In this document: positions 23,833 through 29,941 of the stretch, one piece after another | Layout: each line of letters opens with the position of its first letter | How positions within the stretch are numbered: the stretch's first letter is position 1 | NCBI GenBank assembly: GCA_037128935.1 | Contig: JBAXVQ010000019.1 | Location: 1 to 29,941 of the forward strand | From: a bacterium | GTDB taxonomy: Bacteria; Patescibacteriota; CG2-30-54-11; JBAXVQ01 | Reading direction: 5' to 3' | DNA length: 29,941 nt | The notes under the pieces: generated by a model | Databases searched by the model: none | What the model saw: the letters and a program-made list of their open reading frames with translations, nothing else | What the model was told of the DNA's origin: nothing | Program-made: the position numbers and the translations under genes

Positions 23833-25950
23833 ATGCCAATACTCACGCTACAATCCCCCGTCACCACCCTCTGGGGCATCTCGGATGTTCAGGCGGGGAA
23901 GTTGAAGAAGTTGGGGATTACGACGGTTGAGGAGTTGTTGTACCACTTCCCTTCCCGCTACTGCGACTATCGCACCTATGCGACGATTGGGCGGTTGCGG
24001 TCGGGACAAGAGGCGGTGATCCGTGGGACGGTGCTGCAGGCGGATAAACAGACGACACAGCGGGGGCGGCAGCTTTTCAACGCCACGTTGGTTGATGATC
24101 AGGGAAAAACGGTGAAATGTGTGTGGTTTAACCAGGCGTTTCTGTCGAAGGTGATCAAGGAGGGGCTGGAGTTGATCGTGGTGGGAAAGGCGGAGTTTTT
24201 TCGACAACAACTGACCTTTCAGGTGGCGGAGTATGAGATTGTGAAGGGTGGGGAGACGAAGCCGAGTGTGCATTTTGGGAGGATTGTGCCGGTGTATCCT
24301 GAGACGGCGGGGATTTCCTCGAAATGGCTGCGGCACAAGGTCATGATGGCGCTTGAGGTGGTTGAGCAAATTGCAGAGTGCTTGCCAGAATCAACGCTTT
24401 TGAGGCAGAAATTACTACCAGTTGTTGAAGCGATGCGGGAAATTCACTTTCCCAATTCGTTTGAGGCGGTTGACCAGGCACGAGACCGGTTGGCGTTTGA
24501 GGAGCTGTTTGTCCTGCAGTTGCGAGGGTTAATTCGTAAATCTGAGCTACAACAGGGGAAGAAGACGAAGCGGGTGTGGAAGCAGGAGGATGTATTGGCA
24601 TTTCTTAAACAACTGCCTTTTGAACTTACTGGTGCGCAAAGTAAAGTGCTGCGGGAAATTCTGGACGATATTGCGGGAGGCGTTCCGATGAGGCGGCTGC
24701 TGGAGGGTGATGTTGGGAGTGGGAAGACCATTGTGGCGGCGTTGGCGATGTTTGTTGTTGCGAAGGCGGGTTTTCAGGCAACGTTGATGGTGCCGACGGA
24801 GATTTTGGCTGAGCAACATTTCCATAAAGTGACCTCACTGTTGAAAGTGCTAGGCTTGCAAATTGCTTTGCTGACGGGAAGTAAAAATCTTGTTTCTACA
24901 CCACCGGATGCGCAGGCGTTGTTGGGTTTTGAGGAGCATTTTGCGAAAGTGAACCGGAGTATGCTGAAGGAAATGATTGCTGCGGGTAAAGTGGATATTG
25001 TGATCGGGACGCAGGCGTTGATTGAAGCAGATGTGACCTTTAAAGATGTGGGGTTGGTAATCATCGATGAGCAGCATCGGTTTGGCGTGGAACAGCGGGC
25101 AAAACTACATCAGGCACAGGAGGATACGCCGGATTTCCTCATGATGTCTGCAACACCGATTCCTCGTTCTTTGGCGTTGGCGTTGTATGGTGATCTGGAC
25201 CTTTCCGTTATTGATCAGCTCCCGCCAGGACGGCAAAAGATAGTGACGAGGATTATTCCACCGGGGAAGAAAGCTTTGGCGTATACCTTTATCAGGGACC
25301 GTGTGCGGGCGGGGCGGCAGGCATTTATCATTTGCCCGCTGATTGAAGAATCAGAAAAACTCCAGCTTAAATCGGCGAAAGAAGAGTACGAAAGGCTTTC
25401 CCATGAGGTATTCCCTGATCTTTCCATAGGATTGCTCCATGGTCAGATGAAACCGGCGGAAAAGGACGAGGTGATGCGAAAGTTTGTAAGTAAAGAGTTT
25501 TCTATCCTGATTTCTACAACGGTCATTGAGGTCGGCATTGACGTGCCAAATGCAGTGGTGATGCTGATTGAGAGCGCTGAGCGGTTTGGGCTGGCGCAAC
25601 TTCACCAACTGCGAGGTCGCGTTGGGCGGGGAGAGCATCAGAGTTACTGTGTGCTTGGGACTGAGAGTAGAACAGAGAAAGCTATTGAACGGTTGACGCT
25701 CTTCGTGCAGTCGGACGATGGGTTCAAGATTGCCGAAGCGGATTTACAACTGCGAGGGCCTGGGGAAGTGTATGGTCTCAAACAATCTGGCTTGCCAGAT
25801 TTTCGTATGGCGTCGCTGACTGATTTCAAACTGATCGAACGGACGAGAAAAGAAGCGGAAATAGTGCTTGGGGAAAATCAGTGGCAAGGGATCAAGCCGC
25901 TGCAGGATCGAATGAAAGCGTTGGCGGAGAAGGAAGGGTTGTTGCACTAA
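23833..25950 (+). CDS. recG: ATP-dependent DNA helicase RecG
   Basis: 705-aa ORF. The wedge-domain N-terminus reads LKKLGITTVEELLYHFPSRY. The sequence continues FELTGAQ, GDVGSGKT (Walker A), DEQHRFG, MSATPIPR and QLHQLRGRVGRG. Confidence 0.95.
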   Translation: MPILTLQSPVTTLWGISDVQAGKLKKLGITTVEELLYHFPSRYCDYRTYATIGRLRSGQEAVIRGTVLQADKQTTQRGRQLFNATLVDDQGKTVKCVWFNQAFLSKVIKEGLELIVVGKAEFFRQQLTFQVAEYEIVKGGETKPSVHFGRIVPVYPETAGISSKWLRHKVMMALEVVEQIAECLPESTLLRQKLLPVVEAMREIHFPNSFEAVDQARDRLAFEELFVLQLRGLIRKSELQQGKKTKRVWKQEDVLAFLKQLPFELTGAQSKVLREILDDIAGGVPMRRLLEGDVGSGKTIVAALAMFVVAKAGFQATLMVPTEILAEQHFHKVTSLLKVLGLQIALLTGSKNLVSTPPDAQALLGFEEHFAKVNRSMLKEMIAAGKVDIVIGTQALIEADVTFKDVGLVIIDEQHRFGVEQRAKLHQAQEDTPDFLMMSATPIPRSLALALYGDLDLSVIDQLPPGRQKIVTRIIPPGKKALAYTFIRDRVRAGRQAFIICPLIEESEKLQLKSAKEEYERLSHEVFPDLSIGLLHGQMKPAEKDEVMRKFVSKEFSILISTTVIEVGIDVPNAVVMLIESAERFGLAQLHQLRGRVGRGEHQSYCVLGTESRTEKAIERLTLFVQSDDGFKIAEADLQLRGPGEVYGLKQSGLPDFRMASLTDFKLIERTRKEAEIVLGENQWQGIKPLQDRMKALAEKEGLLH

Positions 25951-25998
25951 CATTTCCACCAAGGTATGATTTAGTTGGAAATAGTTGGAAAAATCGCA

Positions 25999-26337
25999 AT
26001 GTCTCAATCATCTTTACCAATTGGCACCATCGTTCGCCTGAAGGCCAAAGGACAGGTTGTTCTCCCTGCTGGCGTGAGGAAAAGACTACATCTAGAAGAA
26101 GATACCGAGCTCAATGTACTTATTCAGGATGGACTTATTATTTTGCAGCCTTTGCTGAATACTATGGGGGATAAGCTTCTTCAGGAACCTGCGACAACTC
26201 CATACTTAACCAACACGGTAATGCGATCTGAAAAGCCCTCAGCTCTCGAAAATTTGCTCAAACTGGCAGGGACAGTAGAGTCTGAACCTGATCTGGCAGC
26301 AGAGCATGACCAGTATTTGTATGGAGAAAACGAATGA
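25999..26337 (+). CDS. AbrB/SpoVT-type antitoxin
   Basis: The product starts MSQSSLPIGTIVRLKAKGQVVLPAGVRKRLHLEEDTELNVLIQDGLIILQP. There is an ATGA overlap with the downstream PIN gene. The track start at 25975 is a TTG. Confidence 0.7.
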   Translation: MSQSSLPIGTIVRLKAKGQVVLPAGVRKRLHLEEDTELNVLIQDGLIILQPLLNTMGDKLLQEPATTPYLTNTVMRSEKPSALENLLKLAGTVESEPDLAAEHDQYLYGENE

Positions 26338-26780
26338 TCCCGAATGTCTTTGTTGACACGTGGGGCTGGGTTGCGCTAGGCAATTCCAGTGATTGCCATC
26401 ACAAAGAAGCATGTGAAATTTTTAAGGTGATTACCACAAAACATTGCAAGCTTACCACTTCAGACTTCGTGCTTGATGAGACGATATCGTTGCTTAGTCG
26501 CCGTGTTTTTCATGGCAAGGTCTCTACATTTATTGATGGTATTTTGGCGATGAGAAAGCAAAATGAGCTTTCTCTTGTTGCCGTAGATGATCAGGTTTTT
26601 CACGCTGCATGGGTTTTGAGAAAAAAATTGAGTGATAAGCCAAAGCTTTCTTTTACGGACTGCACCTCGTTCGTTATTATGAAGACCAATAACATTTCCC
26701 AGGTTGTTACTGCAGACCAGCATTTTCTGCAGGTGAATATGGGATTTTCTCTGTTTTCTTCAGGACAATCACACCTATGA
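26334..26780 (+). CDS. PIN domain toxin
   Basis: The sequence is VFVDTWGWVAL...FVLDETISLL...SFTDCTSFVIM...VVTADQHF, with PIN acidic residues in the expected order. Its stop overlaps the nadC start (ATGA at 26777-26780). Confidence 0.7.
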   Translation: MIPNVFVDTWGWVALGNSSDCHHKEACEIFKVITTKHCKLTTSDFVLDETISLLSRRVFHGKVSTFIDGILAMRKQNELSLVAVDDQVFHAAWVLRKKLSDKPKLSFTDCTSFVIMKTNNISQVVTADQHFLQVNMGFSLFSSGQSHL

Positions 26781-27634
26781 ACACCACCCGCATCATCAGA
26801 AAAGCATTACAGGAAGACCATTTCCACAAAGACATTACTTCGTGGTCGCTGCCTGATAAGTTGAAGATTATTGCAGAAATAAGGACAAAACAAGCTGGGA
26901 TTGTCTGTGGGATGGATGTTGCAAAGCAGGTATTTCAGGAAGTGGATAGGAAACTGAGTATCTCGCCTTCAAAGGTTGATGGAGATACCATTTCTGCCAA
27001 CGAACTCTTGTTGAAAGTGGAAGGTAAGGCAAAATCAATTTTGGCTGGCGAACGGGTGGCTTTAAACTTTCTACAAAGGCTTTCCGGAATCGCAACAGCT
27101 ACTGACCGCTTTGTGACGGCTTTGAACAATAAAAAGATAGCGATTCGGGATACGAGGAAGACTACTCCGCTACTTCGTAAACTGGAAAAGTACGCTGTCC
27201 GCATCGGTGGTGGAGAATGTCAACGGTATAACTTGGCTGATCAGGTGTTGTTTAAGGATAATCACTGGATTTGTATGAAGAAAGCCGAGATGACGCTACC
27301 AGAATATTTCAAAAAACTGCGAGCAGAACTTGCAAAGAGTCGAAAACTTAAAAAGCAGAAACCTATATACATCCAGATCGAGGCGGAGAATCTGGAAGAA
27401 GTAGCGTTAGCGCTTACGGTTGAACCGAACCTCATCCTGCTGGACAATATGGATGTGTCAACGATTGAAAAAGCTATTGCTCTTATCGCTGGAAAGGCAA
27501 AAATTGAAGTTTCTGGTGGGGTGAATCTGGAAAACATTTCAAATTACAGTACTCTTAAAATAGATTCGATCTCAATCGGGGCATTGACGCATTCGGTGCA
27601 GGTGTTGGATATGAGCTTGAGCATTGTTGAGTAG
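26777..27634 (+). CDS. nadC: Nicotinate-nucleotide pyrophosphorylase (carboxylating), NadC
   Basis: The sequence is LAGERVALNFLQRLSGIATAT...IRDTRKTTPLLRKLEKYAVRIGGG..QRYNLADQVLFKDNH...IEAENLEE...ILLDNM...VSGGVN. Confidence 0.9.
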   Translation: MNTTRIIRKALQEDHFHKDITSWSLPDKLKIIAEIRTKQAGIVCGMDVAKQVFQEVDRKLSISPSKVDGDTISANELLLKVEGKAKSILAGERVALNFLQRLSGIATATDRFVTALNNKKIAIRDTRKTTPLLRKLEKYAVRIGGGECQRYNLADQVLFKDNHWICMKKAEMTLPEYFKKLRAELAKSRKLKKQKPIYIQIEAENLEEVALALTVEPNLILLDNMDVSTIEKAIALIAGKAKIEVSGGVNLENISNYSTLKIDSISIGALTHSVQVLDMSLSIVE

Positions 27635-27661
27635 AATACAATCACTATTACAGATTTATTG

Positions 27662-27733
27662 CCTGAGCGCAGTCTTCGAAGTCGAAGGCTACACCACGTT
27701 CTCGCCCCTCGATTCCGAGGACTTCACTCGGGG
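27662..27733 (+). repeat. Long imperfect hairpin element of about 72 nt (copy 2)
   Basis: My hand pairing of 27662-27688 with 27706-27732 gives 27 stem positions: 20 Watson-Crick pairs, 3 G-U wobbles and 4 mismatches. The loop is 17 nt. The element lies between the nadC stop and the next gene. Confidence 0.75.
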
Positions 27734-27753
27734 AAAAAATACGATATTCACCT

Positions 27754-28320
27754 ATGAAAAAAGCCCTCACAATTGCAACACCATTTTTGCTTTTTTTGCT
27801 TGTGGTTGGCTTTGTTATTTTTCGCGCCGTGAACACCCCCTTTCGCGATCAAGTTCTCTTGACCGCTCTTTCTGAACCTAGCGTTTCCCTATTTGTTGAC
27901 ACCTATGGGAAATGCGATGGATGCAGTTTTCCAACACCGGTGGAATATGAAATGCAACACTATTGCAGTGACTGCGTGGCGTGTGGTGTTAAAGATGTTT
28001 CTGCGGGTTGGGACGTCGAGTTTTGGATTGGTGAACGCTGCAGCTTTCGGTATAATGCTCCTTCGGAAAAAATAACGGTGCATGTGGATAAAGAAGAGAA
28101 TGCTTCGAATACTCTTTTTGTATCTAGTGTTCACCCGACGTCAGCATTTCTCAATGATGCAACCTATTGTGAACAGGATAGAGACTGCCAGTGCTTGTCT
28201 GGAAGTGGAGTGCCTTTTGTGGGTTGTCAGAATTCAGTGCATGCGTCAATGTTTCAGACGGGGGCGGGGCAGTGTTCCTTGTGTGGGTGTGTGAAGAATC
28301 AGTGCACAGAACGTAAATAA
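27754..28320 (+). CDS. Cys-rich membrane-anchored or secreted hypothetical protein
   Basis: The N-terminal anchor is ALTIATPFLLFLLVVGFVIF. I count 14 Cys in the ectodomain, in clustered patterns (C-DG-C, C-SD-C-VA-C, C-Q-C, C-SL-C-G-C). Confidence 0.7.
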   Translation: MKKALTIATPFLLFLLVVGFVIFRAVNTPFRDQVLLTALSEPSVSLFVDTYGKCDGCSFPTPVEYEMQHYCSDCVACGVKDVSAGWDVEFWIGERCSFRYNAPSEKITVHVDKEENASNTLFVSSVHPTSAFLNDATYCEQDRDCQCLSGSGVPFVGCQNSVHASMFQTGAGQCSLCGCVKNQCTERK

Positions 28321-28341
28321 TCTGTAATTGGTAAGGAGTCA

Positions 28342-29133
28342 ATGAGCATGGCATTCAAAAGTCCGGCTGAGATCGTTGCGACAACTATAGCTTCTGGGAA
28401 AAACAAAATACAACTATCGATCGGAAAACTGATCCTTCTTGGCTTTCTAGCTGGATCGTACATTGCACTGGGTGGTTTATTGGCGATTATTGTTGGAGGC
28501 GGGATTCCAGCGATCAAAGCTGAAAATCCGGGTTTGCAAAAGCTGCTTTTTGCAGGGGTCTTTCCGGTTGGGCTGATGTTGGTTGTCATAGCTGGTGCTG
28601 AACTGTTTACCGGAAACACGGCAACACTGATCCCGCCACTGCTGTCGAAAACTATTTCCTGGAAAGGGTTGCTAAAAAACTGGGGAGTTGTGTATATTTC
28701 AAACTTTGTTGGCGCGCTTTTTGTTGCGTGGGCTTTTGCGTATGGGGGAAAGGTCTTTGCGCAGGATCCCTGGCTTTCTAGCGTAAAAAGCATCGCCGTG
28801 GCGAAAGTGTCACTCGATTTCACTACCTTGTTTCTCAAGGCGGTAGCGTGCAACTGGCTTGTCTGTTTGGCCGTCTGGATGGCAATCGCAGCTGACGATA
28901 TCGCTGGAAAGATCATAGCCATCTGGTTTCCAATTATGGCATTTGTGGCGATGGGATTTGAGCACAGTATCGCCAATATGTTCTTTATTCCGGCAGGGAT
29001 GTTCTATGGGGCTTCGGTGAATCTGCAGCAATTTCTCATCGGGAATCTGTTGCCGGTGACGTTGGGGAATATTGTGGGTGGGGCGGTGTTTGTGGGGATG
29101 GGGTATTGGTTTGTGTATGGGGAAAGAACATAA
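28342..29133 (+). CDS. Formate/nitrite transporter (FNT) family channel (FocA/NirC-like)
   Basis: The sequence is LFAGVFPVGLMLVVIAGAELFTGN...CNWLVCLAVW...FVAMGFEHSIANMFF. The AAGGAG RBS fits the second ATG at 28348 slightly better. Confidence 0.9.
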   Translation: MSMAFKSPAEIVATTIASGKNKIQLSIGKLILLGFLAGSYIALGGLLAIIVGGGIPAIKAENPGLQKLLFAGVFPVGLMLVVIAGAELFTGNTATLIPPLLSKTISWKGLLKNWGVVYISNFVGALFVAWAFAYGGKVFAQDPWLSSVKSIAVAKVSLDFTTLFLKAVACNWLVCLAVWMAIAADDIAGKIIAIWFPIMAFVAMGFEHSIANMFFIPAGMFYGASVNLQQFLIGNLLPVTLGNIVGGAVFVGMGYWFVYGERT

Positions 29134-29165
29134 CTCGGAGATGCGTTTGTTTGTATTTATTTCTT

Positions 29166-29276
29166 TCCCCCCCTTGCAAGGGGGAGTTGGAGGGGGTTGC
29201 ATTTCACGCTCTTTCGCAGCCTTTATCCTGTGACTGAAAATCCAACCCCACCCAACCTCCCCTTAGAAAGGGGAGG
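29166..29276. mobile_element. MITE-like inverted-repeat element of the CCCCC/GGGGG family
   Basis: The left arm is TCCCCCCCTTGCAAGGGGGAGTTGGAGGGGGTTGCATTT (29166-29204). The reverse complement of the right arm (29237-29276) is CCTCCCCTTTCTAAGGGGAGGTTGGGTGGGGTTGGATTTT. I estimate the match at roughly 75-80% by eye. The architecture resembles 4242-4366. Confidence 0.5.
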
Positions 29277-29295
29277 AGTAAATTTGAACTAAACT

Positions 29296-29940
29296 CTACA
29301 CTTCAGGCACATTCCCCAACGCCTCCCTAATCGCCTCTTCCGGATGTTCGTAGTCATCCAGCGTTCCAGCAAGGAATTTGGCATAAGAGTTGAGGTCGAA
29401 GTGGCCGTGGCCGGAGGCGCCGAAGACGATGACTCGTTCTTTTTGCTCTTCTTTCGCTTTTAGGGCTTCGTCGATGGCGGCTTTGACGGCGTGGGCGGTT
29501 TCGGGGGCGAGGATGTGGCCTTCGGTGCGGGCAAAGAGAAGTGCGGCTTCAAAGATTGCTTTCTGGGGATGGGCGACGGCTTCGATGAGGCCTTCGTGTT
29601 TCATTTTGGAAATGATCGGAGACATGCCGTGGTAGCGGAGTCCACCGGCGTGAATGCCGGAGGGAATAAAGCTGTGACCTAATGTGTGCATTTTCACCAC
29701 GGGAGAAAGTTTTGAGGTATCGCCATAGTCGTAGGTAAATTCACCTTTTGTCAGGGTTGGGCAGGCTGAAGGCTCGACGGCGAGAAGGCGGACGTCTTTG
29801 CCGTTAATTTTGTCGTGGGCGAAAGGAAATGCGAGGCCGCCGAAGTTGGAGCCGCCACCAGCGCAACCGATAACAACATCGGGATAATCACCAACTTTCT
29901 CAAACTGCTTTTTTGTTTCCAAACCGATGATGGTTTGGTG
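29296..29940 (-). CDS. TrpB-like PLP-dependent enzyme (tryptophan synthase beta, TrpB2 type), C-terminal part; the 5' end is beyond the window
   Basis: The sequence is [13 protein letters not shown]...[25 protein letters not shown]...[11 protein letters not shown]. The frame stays open to the window edge (..[12 protein letters not shown]), so the track start at 29922 is an internal TTG. Confidence 0.85.
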   Translation of the reverse strand, partial: HQTIIGLETKKQFEKVGDYPDVVIGCAGGGSNFGGLAFPFAHDKINGKDVRLLAVEPSACPTLTKGEFTYDYGDTSKLSPVVKMHTLGHSFIPSGIHAGGLRYHGMSPIISKMKHEGLIEAVAHPQKAIFEAALLFARTEGHILAPETAHAVKAAIDEALKAKEEQKERVIVFGASGHGHFDLNSYAKFLAGTLDDYEHPEEAIREALGNVPEV

Positions 29941-29941
29941 G

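Noticed and set aside
1-29941. CRISPR-cas, a diversity-generating retroelement, prophage, transposase or rRNA content.
   Set aside because: I saw no cas, reverse transcriptase, integrase, transposase, phage structural or rRNA signatures in any frame.

Overview
This is a bacterial chromosomal window that reads cleanly with the standard genetic code. Long intact ORFs such as RecG, HsdR and ComEC argue against UGA recoding. The source may be an uncultivated, CPR/Patescibacteria-like lineage, but that is a low-confidence guess. Composition is patchy by eye: GC-richer housekeeping genes (recG, GT4 glycosyltransferase, beta-CASP MBL RNase, sugar transferase, trpB-like) alternate with AT-richer accessory genes.

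I call about 28 protein-coding genes, one tRNA-Ser(UGA), three intrinsic terminators, one near-consensus promoter and three families of GC-rich hairpin or inverted-repeat elements.

Gene content from left to right:
- A small GIY-YIG nuclease gene that is missing from the supplied ORF track, embedded in tandem hairpin-repeat arrays.
- A solitary EcoEI-type HsdR, then tRNA-Ser, a MITE-like element and a GT4 glycosyltransferase.
- An AT-rich islet with two tandem paralogous orphan membrane proteins.
- A polyprenyl-phosphate sugar transferase split by an in-frame TAA.
- An ECF sigma, an anti-sigma candidate (PEGA plus discoidin-like), a large secreted protein and a PEGA paralogue.
- ComEC, three AbrB-PIN toxin-antitoxin pairs, ruvX and a beta-CASP RNase.
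- A MidA-like methyltransferase with a membrane N-terminus, then a repeat-dense structured spacer.
- recG, nadC, a Cys-rich protein, an FNT channel and a partial TrpB2-like gene.

The best candidates for something undescribed are:
1. The GIY-YIG gene nested in arrays of a 15-bp-stem hairpin repeat. A copy of that repeat also sits in frame inside hsdR.
2. The AT-rich two-paralogue islet with strongly G-depleted leaders.
3. The roughly 70-nt long-hairpin element and the structured spacer upstream of recG.

All domain calls are from reading motifs by eye; no searches were run.
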